Origin: Promethearchaeota archaeon
GTDB lineage: Archaea > Asgardarchaeota > Lokiarchaeia > Sigyniarchaeales > SOKP01
Reading direction: 5' to 3'
Assembly: GCA_030599585.1 (NCBI GenBank)
Contig: JAUVNS010000008.1
Location: 9,628 to 73,627, forward strand
Length of the DNA stretch: 64,000 bases
Shown here piece by piece: positions 46,822 through 55,745 of this stretch. The translations under genes and the position numbers were made by a program. Under the pieces are notes generated by a model, which had not been told where the DNA came from, searched no databases, and saw only the letters and a list, made by a program, of their open reading frames with translations. Each line of letters opens with the position of its first letter. Positions within the stretch are counted from its first letter, which is position 1.

Positions 46822-47958
46822 ATGACAAAAGCAATTATACTATCGGGAGGATATGGAACCCGCTTACGGCCATTATCATGCACAGTACCAAAATCTTTAA
46901 TGCCAATAGTCAACAAGCCTGTTATGGAGCGACAGATTCTCCTTTTAAAATCAGCAGGGGTTAAAGAAATCGTTCTGGCTGTGAGCGTGATGGATGAAAT
47001 TGTTAAAAATTATTTTAAAGATGGTTCCCAACTAGGAGTTAGAATACATTATACAGAAGAAAAACATCCTTTAGGAACCGCGGGGGCAGTTAAAATAGCT
47101 GAGCCCTATTTGGAAAAGGAAAATTTCTTCATGATAAACGGGGATGTGATCTTAAACTGCGATTTAAATAGAATGCTGAATTTTCATATAGCTAAAAAAG
47201 GTATTGGAACTATTGCTGGAAAGGTTGTTGACGATCCTTCACGATATGGTGTATTAATAGAAAATGAGAATACTCACCAGATATTGGAATTCCTAGAAAA
47301 AGACGAATATTCTCCTCCTAACGGCAAGATTATCCCCATGCCAATCAATGCAGGAGTCTATCTATTAGAACCCGAAATTTTTACTTATATTGAACCACAT
47401 AAAAAAGTATCAATAGAGAGACAAGTATTTCCCGATGTAGTAAAAAAAGAACAACTATACTATCACCAAATAAGTGGTGTATGGAAAGATATTGGAAAAC
47501 CATACGATTTACTCGAAGGTAATATGATTTTAATGGTGGATTTAATGAAAAATTTAGAAACTAATGTTAAAAATTTAATAGATCAATCTGCTGACATCCA
47601 CCCTAGCTCAAAAATTTATTCACCGTGTACCGTAGGTGAAAATGTGGTAATTCGAGGTAATAGTACAATCGGTCCGAATGTAATAATAGGAGATAATGTA
47701 TTTATTGATAGCAATGTCGAACTCAGAGATAGCGTAATCTATAACGATTCATATGTATCAAAGAATGTTAAGATCGAAAAGGCAATTATCGCCGATAATT
47801 GTCACATTCAAGAAAATGTAACGCTAAAGGGAAATAATGAGAACCTCGTAATTTTAGCGTCATATGTTGAAGTGTTAAAAAATCTCGAAATTTTAGCACC
47901 TAAAACAATTTCGTTAACAGTGTGTCACCACGAGGTTTTGAAGGAAAGTATGAAATAA
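46822..47958 (+). CDS. Sugar-1-phosphate nucleotidylyltransferase with C-terminal left-handed beta-helix domain
   Basis: AIILSGGYGTRLRPLS..PKSLMP, GTAGA. C-terminal hexapeptide repeats (IGPNVIIGDNVFIDSNVEL). Confidence 0.85.
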   Translation: MTKAIILSGGYGTRLRPLSCTVPKSLMPIVNKPVMERQILLLKSAGVKEIVLAVSVMDEIVKNYFKDGSQLGVRIHYTEEKHPLGTAGAVKIAEPYLEKENFFMINGDVILNCDLNRMLNFHIAKKGIGTIAGKVVDDPSRYGVLIENENTHQILEFLEKDEYSPPNGKIIPMPINAGVYLLEPEIFTYIEPHKKVSIERQVFPDVVKKEQLYYHQISGVWKDIGKPYDLLEGNMILMVDLMKNLETNVKNLIDQSADIHPSSKIYSPCTVGENVVIRGNSTIGPNVIIGDNVFIDSNVELRDSVIYNDSYVSKNVKIEKAIIADNCHIQENVTLKGNNENLVILASYVEVLKNLEILAPKTISLTVCHHEVLKESMK

Positions 47959-47961
47959 GTT

Positions 47962-48765
47962 ATGAAAGACCATCCAACACCAGAGAGTATTTACTCTAAA
48001 TATGTTGATAAAAAGATAGGAACGAAACAGGCTCTAAAATTATTTGAATCCATTATTAACAAGAGCGACAATGAAGAAATCAGAGTAAATGTGTTAGAGT
48101 ACATCGGTAAATTAACAGTTGATGACGAATTAGCCTTCAGCATTATTGAAAATTGCCTAATTTCTGATGAATCGCCTATTGTTAAATTCGGTGCTGCGAA
48201 AACTTTGATCCATTACTTTACTGGACGTGAAATAAAACCGTTAATATGGGCAATAGATAACGAAAATTCAATATACTTTCTTAAAAATTTGATCAACTTA
48301 TTGGAAACTCAAGAATATCCTCAATTTGAACAAATTCGGAAAAGAATTTATAAAAAAATAACAACTAAATATAATTTAAATTCATTCGACTCGAAATTTA
48401 TCCTAGATATTGAGTATCTTGATTTCATGAAATTTCAAGCCGATTTTAATAATTTTCTCGAGAAATTTGAATTATCTGATGCAGATAAACTTACTTTGCT
48501 TAAAGAAAACACTGAAATTGGAAATAAAGGCTTGGGGAGAGTTAAGAAAGCTGAGGGAGGTTTTATAATAAGTTTGGTTCTTACGGATCTTAATGAAATT
48601 CCTTCCTCAATATGTAACTTAAGAAATTTGCAGGAATTAGAAATCTCCAATTGTAAAATAGAAAAATATCCTGAAAAATGTCCAAAACTCTTGTCACTAA
48701 AACGGATTATATTCAAAAATAACACAATAGATAAAGTTCCTAGTTGGATTCGAAAAAATAATTAA
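47962..48765 (+). CDS. HEAT-like repeat / leucine-rich-repeat protein
   Basis: N-terminal HEAT/PBS-lyase-like repeats (EEIRVNVLEYIGKL, SPIVKFGAAKTLIH). C-terminal LRRs (LTDLNEIPSSICNLRNLQELEISNCKIEKYPEKCPKLLSLKRIIFKNNTIDKVPSWI). Starts 4 nt after the upstream stop. Confidence 0.6.
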   Translation: MKDHPTPESIYSKYVDKKIGTKQALKLFESIINKSDNEEIRVNVLEYIGKLTVDDELAFSIIENCLISDESPIVKFGAAKTLIHYFTGREIKPLIWAIDNENSIYFLKNLINLLETQEYPQFEQIRKRIYKKITTKYNLNSFDSKFILDIEYLDFMKFQADFNNFLEKFELSDADKLTLLKENTEIGNKGLGRVKKAEGGFIISLVLTDLNEIPSSICNLRNLQELEISNCKIEKYPEKCPKLLSLKRIIFKNNTIDKVPSWIRKNN

Positions 48766-48786
48766 AATTCTTATGGAGCATGTAAA

Positions 48787-49074
48787 ATGGAAGATTTAAA
48801 AGAAAAAGGTTTAAAAATATATAACGCAATGTTTCAAGGAGAAAAAGAGGTCGAAATTGACGAGATACGCTACCCTATAAAGAAATTTTCAAGCGGTATT
48901 AAATATGTTGATTTATTTGGGTATCGCTTTATAGAACAAAATTACCGAAAAAAATCAGAATGGGGGAAAAAAGCTCGAGAAGGACACAAAATCATGTGGA
49001 TAATTAAAGGTAGGAGATATCTTTCTCAGATTTTAGACGGAAAATATTCTGATTTAAAGAAAAAATCATCCTGA
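48787..49074 (+). CDS. Hypothetical small basic protein
   Basis: 95-aa ORF. Its 3' third is duplicated at 50271-50371. Confidence 0.45.
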   Translation: MEDLKEKGLKIYNAMFQGEKEVEIDEIRYPIKKFSSGIKYVDLFGYRFIEQNYRKKSEWGKKAREGHKIMWIIKGRRYLSQILDGKYSDLKKKSS

Positions 49075-49186
49075 GCCTAGGATAATCTTAAGTAAAATCG
49101 CTCTTCTAGTCAATCCCTGAAATAATTAAAGAAATTATTTATAGTGATTATCTTTAGTAAACCTGATTCGAAAATAACTTCTTCAA
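48974..49186 (+). repeat. Direct repeat copy A (~213 bp), spans the 3' end of the 48787 gene plus downstream non-coding DNA
   Basis: Aligns by eye with 50271-50484 at an offset of about 1297-1298 nt. It is near-identical over ATGTGGATAATTAAAGG...GATTTAAAGAAAAAA and ATCGCTCTT...TTAAAG.AATTATTTATAG. Confidence 0.7.
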
Positions 49187-49395
49187 TCTAAAATTATAAT
49201 TAATTCCTAATAATTTTCAGTGTCTTAATTAGGGCTATGATGACCATTAAAGCCCTTGAAAATAATCGAATCAAAGTTCGATTTTATATATTTCTTACTA
49301 ACCTTCTAAAATAAGTGAAAGTTTGTTAATGATTATCTCTTATAAAATATAATCTACAAGTGGAAAAAGAAAAAATCCAACCTGAGTTGTAATAA

Positions 49396-50244
49396 ATGTT
49401 TTTTCAGACAGATACACCCCCCATTAATCATTATTTCGCAGTACCAATGTTTATTTTCTGGATAATCTTTTCATTATTCGTTATTTTATTAATACGTAAA
49501 AAAAAGTTAAGTCGAAATGTGAGAATTGCGATTCTTGTTGTAGCCACGATTTATGCTGGCATAATTTTTGGAGGTTTTCCTAATCTTATCATGCCTTTTC
49601 AACAAGTTTTATCTACTATTGCAGTGAGAGGTGACCTCACCAAACTCTTTCCTGAAGTTTTCGCAGTATTTGTAGGTTTAATAATTACGACAATTTTCTT
49701 TGGTAGAGTTCTCTGTGGTTTTGTATGCCCTTTAGGAACACTACAGGAATTAATCTCACAAATAAATTTCAAATCTGATGTAAAAGCTCAAGAAAAAAAC
49801 AAATTTCATATTGAAACTTCTTCACAAAAAGCAAGTTTGGTACGAAGGTTTTTCCTCCTTATTTTAATACTCTTAGCGAGTATTTGGAGTATACAAATTC
49901 TACAGATATTCAATCCTAATTTAGGATTTTGGTATTTTATTAACTTTTTTACATTCACATCCATTTTCCCTTTAATCGGGTTGGTTGTAGTATCAATTAT
50001 TAGTATTTTTATATATCGCCCTTTCTGTAGGTATATATGTCCCGCTGGAGCAGTTACTTCTCTTTGTAGTCGAGTTACTAGACGTAAATATCGGCGTACA
50101 AAAGATTGTGATGATTGTGGATTGTGTGAAAAGATTTGTCCAACTCAAGAAGGATCTACTAACAGTAAAAAGAATGAATGTTATTATTGCAATCGATGCA
50201 TTGACGTATGCCCTAAGGATGCTATAGAATTCTCTAAGTCTTGA
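49396..50244 (+). CDS. Membrane-bound polyferredoxin (NapH/MauN/NosR-like 4Fe-4S binding protein)
   Basis: TM-embedded CGFVCPLGTLQE and FCRYICPAGA motifs, plus C-terminal CDDCGLCEKICP and CYYCNRCIDVCP ferredoxin motifs. Confidence 0.8.
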   Translation: MFFQTDTPPINHYFAVPMFIFWIIFSLFVILLIRKKKLSRNVRIAILVVATIYAGIIFGGFPNLIMPFQQVLSTIAVRGDLTKLFPEVFAVFVGLIITTIFFGRVLCGFVCPLGTLQELISQINFKSDVKAQEKNKFHIETSSQKASLVRRFFLLILILLASIWSIQILQIFNPNLGFWYFINFFTFTSIFPLIGLVVVSIISIFIYRPFCRYICPAGAVTSLCSRVTRRKYRRTKDCDDCGLCEKICPTQEGSTNSKKNECYYCNRCIDVCPKDAIEFSKS

Positions 50245-50270
50245 AAATAGAAGTGCTAAGAAGTGAAAAG

Positions 50271-50371
50271 TCCGAGAGGGGCATAAAATAATGTGGATAA
50301 TTAAAGGAAGGAGATATCTTTCTCAAATATTAGACGGGAAATATTCTGATTTAAAGAAAAAATTATCCTAA
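50271..50371 (+). pseudogene. 3' fragment duplicate of the 48787-49074 gene
   Basis: Encodes ...RGHKIMWIIKGRRYLSQILDGKYSDLKKKLS*, versus EGHKIMWIIKGRRYLSQILDGKYSDLKKKSS* in the intact gene. An in-frame TGA lies just upstream (50264-50266). Confidence 0.65.
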
Positions 50372-50484
50372 ACTTATCTCTATTTTGAAAGGAAATCGCT
50401 CTTTTATACAATCTCTGAAATAGTTAAAGTAATTATTTATAGGAATTAACTCAATCAAATCTGATACGGACATAACTTCATCGA
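50271..50484 (+). repeat. Direct repeat copy B (~213 bp)
   Basis: See copy A. It begins 27 nt after the polyferredoxin stop. Confidence 0.7.
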
Positions 50485-50715
50485 CTTCACTTAAGAAAAA
50501 AAAGAAGAATAGATGAAGAACTAAAGAAATAAATCACCCTAATAATGGGATACCGTTCCCATTTCAGGGACTAAGTTGATACAGAATCACATCAATTAGT
50601 AATACTCCGATATCTGAACCTGTAAATACTGGACTCCAGTTTATTTTTAATTGTAAATTGCTATTTTATAATTGTAAGAACATAAAAATAAATCAAAATG
50701 GAGAATTGAAAAATC

Positions 50716-50910
50716 ATGAATGAATTGGTAGAAAATAATGTTGAATATTATAAATTCTTGAGTGTCATTCACGAAATATCGAAAAAATCACATATTATTG
50801 CGATACAGAAAGATAGTATCAGAAAAGTTTATCAGAATTATGATTCAAAGCTATATCGATTAAAATTAGAGAAAGAAATAGCAGAACTCGACAAATTACT
50901 TGTTAAATAA
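50716..50910 (+). CDS. Hypothetical small helical protein
   Basis: 64-aa ORF, coiled-coil-like C-terminus (LKLEKEIAELDKLLVK). Confidence 0.3.
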   Translation: MNELVENNVEYYKFLSVIHEISKKSHIIAIQKDSIRKVYQNYDSKLYRLKLEKEIAELDKLLVK

Positions 50911-51052
50911 ATTACCTATTAATTTAAAATCCTTTTTTTATTATAACCCTAATCAAATAAAAAACAATTAGAGTTACTAATTAGATTAGTTGAGGGTATC
51001 TAACAGTTCCAATTTATTCCCGTTTTAATCATAGATAATAATTGAATTATTT

Positions 51053-52321
51053 TTAATTCTTGAGAGTCTTTATCTTTAGGATTATTTTTAATACTTGAGA
51101 GTCTATTATTGATTGACAATTAAAATTTTTTAAATAATTGTAATTTTTATTAACCCATTCAAAATATTTTCTCTTTAAATCATCCCAAGAGCGAAATGTC
51201 TGCATTCCGATTTTTTTTTTTCTTATTCTACTTATTTTTCCACTAATATCAGATTGAATGTCATTCAATGGAACAAATTCCATATTTAAATCATGACTTA
51301 TTACACAATGAAATGAATATTCTAAATGACGTCTGTTAATCTTTGACCAATATTCATCAATTTTTAATGGATTCAACAAATAATATTTGATTGGCTTATC
51401 ATATTCATGATATGAATCATATTCATATCTTATCAGACGAATTAATGTATGTGATGGAAATACTATCGTTTTTTCTGTATGAACATTTTTCCATTTTCTT
51501 TCTGCCCAATTCTCACCTTTATTATTAAATAAAATTTTTCCTTGAAAATGCTTATCAGAATATCTTGAACAATTTTCACATGAATCAAACACAATTACAT
51601 GAATATTTCCAAGTGAAGATTTTCGAATATAGGCGTGTTTATGTCCTTGTATATGATTTTTCATTTTTAGTTTATTTTGGGTAGTATCAGCATCCAAGAA
51701 AATAGCATTTCTCAGATCCAGTTGTGACACTTCAGCAGAGCGGAGCACGGAATTCTTCGATGTAAGTTTTTGTTTTTTTTTTTCATTTTTTTGAAGTAAA
51801 GGACTCGTATTGACCAAATCCTTATCATTCTTTTTTAAATCAAATAAATTTTTTACTATATCAGGGGTATCAATTGAAAATTGTCGTTTATCGGGAAAAT
51901 ATTCATAATCATATACAATCACATTTTTTTTTTTCATTTCCATAACATATTCATTCAATTCTAGTACATCAAAATCACATTCTTCAATATATTCACTTAA
52001 TTTTGGATTATAACCACTGTTTACCCATATTCTATAATAATTTGGATTATTTCGCAAAGCATAGTTTAATGCTTGATTAGTTCCCGAAGATTCAAAAATT
52101 ACAACTTTAACTTGATTTTTTGTAGCAATTTTTAGAAATCTATCTACTTCGAGTTGTATGTAATCAAAAAATTCTTGATATCCCTCATCTTGATTTAATG
52201 GGTTAAAATTTAAACGCTTATATATCTGTTTTATATCAAATATATTTGTAATATTCATGAAATTTGTTCTTAAGAAGGTCTTTCCAGCACCTACTTCTCC
52301 AACTAAATGTATTATAATCAT
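51053..52321 (-). CDS. P-loop NTPase/kinase-like N-terminal domain fused to an uncharacterised C-terminal domain
   Basis: Walker A at the extreme N-terminus (IIIHLVGEVGAGKTFL) and a hhhhE Walker-B-like VVIFESSG. Lys-rich linker. The C-terminal ~230 aa contain AIFLDADTT, HIQGHKH and CENC but match no family I recognise. Confidence 0.55.
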   Translation of the reverse strand: MIIIHLVGEVGAGKTFLRTNFMNITNIFDIKQIYKRLNFNPLNQDEGYQEFFDYIQLEVDRFLKIATKNQVKVVIFESSGTNQALNYALRNNPNYYRIWVNSGYNPKLSEYIEECDFDVLELNEYVMEMKKKNVIVYDYEYFPDKRQFSIDTPDIVKNLFDLKKNDKDLVNTSPLLQKNEKKKQKLTSKNSVLRSAEVSQLDLRNAIFLDADTTQNKLKMKNHIQGHKHAYIRKSSLGNIHVIVFDSCENCSRYSDKHFQGKILFNNKGENWAERKWKNVHTEKTIVFPSHTLIRLIRYEYDSYHEYDKPIKYYLLNPLKIDEYWSKINRRHLEYSFHCVISHDLNMEFVPLNDIQSDISGKISRIRKKKIGMQTFRSWDDLKRKYFEWVNKNYNYLKNFNCQSIIDSQVLKIILKIKTLKN

Positions 52322-52683
52322 TTCAAGCCCTTTAATATTTCAAATTTGATTTTTTCATTAAAAACCTTAGAGGTTTCAATTAGATAATCATCCCCTAAAT
52401 CATTTTTAATTATACCAATTACTTCTTCTTTTAAAATAGCTTTTTCTTCAATTTTTTCCTTTTTTTGCTAATCTCTGTGTTTTTTGATTTAGTAACAATA
52501 TATTGTTACATGTGCAATTTAAAATTTAAGATAGTCTCGACTTCAATCAAATTACTACTATTTTTTCTTTTATTAATAATTATTTAAATTTAGTTAACTC
52601 TAAATTTTTTTTACTTCAATAAAATTGTTAGTAGAAATCATACTCCTCTTCTAAATTCCTACTTTTTAAATTTAGCTTTCAAT

Positions 52684-53283
52684 TTATACCTTCTTTAATT
52701 TATTCATCACTAACTCTAAATATGATGTTCTAATCGATTCTTCCCTTTTAAAGTCAAAACTTTCTAAGAATTGAAAGAGAATGTCTTTAGCTTTCTCCAC
52801 TTTATTAATTGATTCAGCTAAAATTTCGACTTCTATGAAATATTGTTCCAATATTGGCAAATAATCGATTAGAGCTTCTATCCTTGTATCTTGAAATTTG
52901 AAATCATATAGTTCTCTTTCTTTAATGACGGTGAATACTTCTTGAAATCCTAATAATTTGAGAAGATTTGCTATATTTTCAGTTTCATTTAATTTTACTT
53001 CGATTTCTTCTCTTGTTTTGGTTGTTTTATCAATCTTTTTACCTTTATAAGTTATAAAATAATTGATTTTTTGAGCAATCAAATTATTATCTCTATTAAA
53101 TTCAATAGACTTTCTTAATCTTAATGCTTCATCAGTCTGTTTAAAATCCCTTAACCCTTTTGGCATGTTAAAATAAGTATCCTCATGATGTAAAGAGAGT
53201 TTGTATACACCATTTAAATCCTCAAACTTTTTCAGTAGAAGGTTTGGATCGGAGATTTTGACTTTAATCTCAACTTCAATCAT
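52684..53283 (-). CDS. CYTH-domain protein (class IV adenylate cyclase / triphosphate tunnel metalloenzyme)
   Basis: N-terminal MIEVEIKVKI (ExExK), later LRLRK and EVEIL acidic/basic tunnel strands. 199 aa. Confidence 0.8.
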   Translation of the reverse strand: MIEVEIKVKISDPNLLLKKFEDLNGVYKLSLHHEDTYFNMPKGLRDFKQTDEALRLRKSIEFNRDNNLIAQKINYFITYKGKKIDKTTKTREEIEVKLNETENIANLLKLLGFQEVFTVIKERELYDFKFQDTRIEALIDYLPILEQYFIEVEILAESINKVEKAKDILFQFLESFDFKREESIRTSYLELVMNKLKKV

Positions 53284-53357
53284 AATGCTAATCTTTTTTC
53301 GATTAATAACAAATATATAAAATTAATTTTTATTAGTAATAATAGTTTCACTTAGAG

Positions 53358-54332
53358 TTGATTTTTATATCTCTGAATTCTAAATCTATTCAAAAACTCG
53401 CAGAACAATTTGGATATCTACCCTATATGATTGAAAGGTATTTTCAATTCTTAGGAGAAGATCAAACTAAACAATTATTAGAAGCAAATGAAAAGCCATT
53501 AACACCTTCAATAAGAGTTAACGCGCTTAAAATAGACAAAGAAACTTTAAGAAATAGACTGGAAAGCAAAGGAATTAAGTTAGAATCGATTGATTGGATA
53601 AATTACGGATTCAAAATTAGAAACTCTCCTATAAATTTAGGATCGACTCACGAATATCTTCAAGGATTTTATTATTTGCAGAGTGTTGCTCCAATGTTAC
53701 CATCTTTAATTCTTAACCCTAAACCAAATGAGGTTGTGATTGATATGTGTGCTGCTCCAGGCGGAAAAGCAACTCACTTGGCACAAATTATGAACAACGA
53801 GGGAAACTTAATATTAATAGAAAGAAATAGAAATAGGATACCTGCTCTAGAGATTAATCTTAGAAGATTGGGGGTTTCCAACTCGATTATTATCAATAAG
53901 GATGCTGTGAATCTGTCAAAAATGAATTTGAAGGCAGACAAGATTTTATTAGACGCACCGTGCACCGGAGAGGGACTGATCAGGCAAGATTCTAGTAGAA
54001 AACGGAGTAAAACCATGAAAGATATCAATAAATTAAGTAGTATTCAAAAAAAATTACTGAAAAATGGTTTAAATTCCTTAAATCCAGGAGGACAACTATT
54101 ATACAGTACCTGTTCGATCGCGCCAGAAGAAAACGAATTAGTTATAGATGATGTGTTAAAAGATAATTCAGATTTCGCCATTGTTAAGATACCCGGTAAT
54201 TACGGCGTGAAAGGAATAATAGATGTTTACAATAAAACGCTCAGAGAAGATATAAAATATTCTCAGAGATTATATCCGCACTTACATAATACAATTGGTT
54301 TTTTTATTAGTTTAATTCAAAAAGTCAAGTAA
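53358..54332 (+). CDS. RNA cytosine-C5 methyltransferase, NOL1/NOP2/Sun (NSUN) family
   Basis: DMCAAPGGKATHLAQ (SAM), LDAPCTGEG (motif IV Cys), LLYSTCSIAPEENE (motif VI Cys). TTG start. Confidence 0.9.
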   Translation: MIFISLNSKSIQKLAEQFGYLPYMIERYFQFLGEDQTKQLLEANEKPLTPSIRVNALKIDKETLRNRLESKGIKLESIDWINYGFKIRNSPINLGSTHEYLQGFYYLQSVAPMLPSLILNPKPNEVVIDMCAAPGGKATHLAQIMNNEGNLILIERNRNRIPALEINLRRLGVSNSIIINKDAVNLSKMNLKADKILLDAPCTGEGLIRQDSSRKRSKTMKDINKLSSIQKKLLKNGLNSLNPGGQLLYSTCSIAPEENELVIDDVLKDNSDFAIVKIPGNYGVKGIIDVYNKTLREDIKYSQRLYPHLHNTIGFFISLIQKVK

Positions 54333-54362
54333 AATTCACGAATAAATTGAATCCGAGATTCT

Positions 54363-54935
54363 TTATTGTCTTTTTCTTAAGTAATAACCCTTATCTACAA
54401 GATTTTGAGCTACTCTTTGATTTGATTTGAGATTTTGAAACGAACTAGAATCAATCGTGGCTCTTGCTATAGCTATAATTTCGTTCTTCTGATTAAAAAC
54501 TGCGATAAGATTATTTTTTTTTAACTTGGGTGGGATCATAGTTATTACGCTCTTTAGGATATCGTTTCCATAGAGAATTGATTTTTCTCCTTCTTCATTT
54601 ATAGTAATTTTATTACTATTTGGAAGAATATGCTGATTACGCAAAAATTCAGCTCCTTCTAAGCTTAAGTGAAAAATTCCTTTCTTAATGAAACCAAAAT
54701 AAATACCCGCTGCATTTATATTCTCATTTCGTAATTTTTCTTCCAAAATATTACTATTTTCGTATGGAACTAAATAGATTAAAGGGAATTTGCTTTCTGT
54801 TTGCTCATCGTTAATAAAAATATAGAACCTATGATCTTTTTTCTTAAAATACGATAGTACTTCGGTTGATAATTTTTGAAGAGAATTAGTAATAAATGAG
54901 TTTTCAATTTTATTAATTAATCTAAAAGTATTCAA
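54363..54935 (-). CDS. nip7: NIP7-like pre-rRNA processing protein (N-terminal NIP7 domain + C-terminal PUA domain)
   Basis: GIYFGFIKKGIFHLSLEGAEFL...KITINEEGEKSILYGNDILKSVI...NNLIAVFNQKNEIIAIARA...NLVDKGYYLRK parallels human/yeast NIP7 blocks (G.CFGKF.K...F.L...ALDYL, EQSFLYGNHVLKS, ADIGEYVR) as I recall them. Confidence 0.75.
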   Translation of the reverse strand: MNTFRLINKIENSFITNSLQKLSTEVLSYFKKKDHRFYIFINDEQTESKFPLIYLVPYENSNILEEKLRNENINAAGIYFGFIKKGIFHLSLEGAEFLRNQHILPNSNKITINEEGEKSILYGNDILKSVITMIPPKLKKNNLIAVFNQKNEIIAIARATIDSSSFQNLKSNQRVAQNLVDKGYYLRKRQ

Positions 54936-55023
54936 TTCTCTTATTCTCCGTTAAAATAAAAAGAAATAAGTAGTTTTATAATTATTAATCAATAAAGTTA
55001 TTAAAAAATACTGTTGTCAAAAA

Positions 55024-55740
55024 ATGGGCATTCGTAAAATTGAGGACGAAATAGATTTAAGAGAAGCCATGAAGAAAAAGGCAGCTGAGTTGAAGCTTAA
55101 AGACATGGAAGCAAAAGCTGCAACAGAAAACTTCACAAAAGAAAGGCTTACAGAATTAGCTAAGGCCCATGGAGTCATTTTGGCGTTAACTCCCGAATTA
55201 AAGGCTGAAGTTAAAGCGTTACAAAAGAAGTTTAATATTCCCTCGTCCAAAATAATTACTGAACAGATTACAGAAAACGATGTTTTGAAGAAATTTTCTA
55301 AAATAGATCATGAAAAGTTAGGAATGCTTGCTTACCAAAGAATTTTGATGCAGAAAGAAGAAATTGGAGTAGGATTATTGCCTATTTCTAGAGTGTACGA
55401 ATTAGTAAATACGGGAATTTTAAATGGGATATTAGATGTTAAAGATTTGTTAAAAGCTTTAAAACTACTCAAGAAGAATCATGTCATCGACGATTTGCAA
55501 GAATTTAGCTCAGGTATTGTAATGGTAAGATTTTTTCCAGTTCAATATACTACTGATCAAGTGAAAGTTGTAGGAGTTGCTAAAGATAAGGGTTTTATTT
55601 CTCTTGAAGACGTATGTATTGCTCTAAGCTGGTCTCAAGATCGAGCTTTAGAGACTTTAAAGTCATTAGAAGACACAGGAATGGCGAAGTTAAGAGAATC
55701 TCTCCTTAAGGGAAAGCAATGGTACTTCCCTTCTTTATAA
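55024..55740 (+). CDS. ESCRT-II subunit, Vps22/Vps36-like (EAP30 family)
   Basis: N-terminal helical region plus two winged helices. GLLPISRVYELV...DVKDLLKALKLLKK...SGIVMVRF...GFISLEDVCIALSWSQDRALETLKSLEDTGMAKL...QWYFPSL tracks human SNF8 (GGLITLEEL..., SLKWETERARQVLEHLLKEGLAWLD...YWLPAL) from memory. Confidence 0.85.
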   Translation: MGIRKIEDEIDLREAMKKKAAELKLKDMEAKAATENFTKERLTELAKAHGVILALTPELKAEVKALQKKFNIPSSKIITEQITENDVLKKFSKIDHEKLGMLAYQRILMQKEEIGVGLLPISRVYELVNTGILNGILDVKDLLKALKLLKKNHVIDDLQEFSSGIVMVRFFPVQYTTDQVKVVGVAKDKGFISLEDVCIALSWSQDRALETLKSLEDTGMAKLRESLLKGKQWYFPSL

Positions 55741-55745
55741 ATGAT

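Noticed and set aside
52322-52470. Minus-strand ~48-codon frame ending in TGAAATG overlap with the P-loop gene start
   Set aside because: There is no ATG/GTG/TTG start after the in-frame TAG. It would need a non-standard start or a frameshift in the adjacent A-run. It is mentioned under the P-loop finding but not called.
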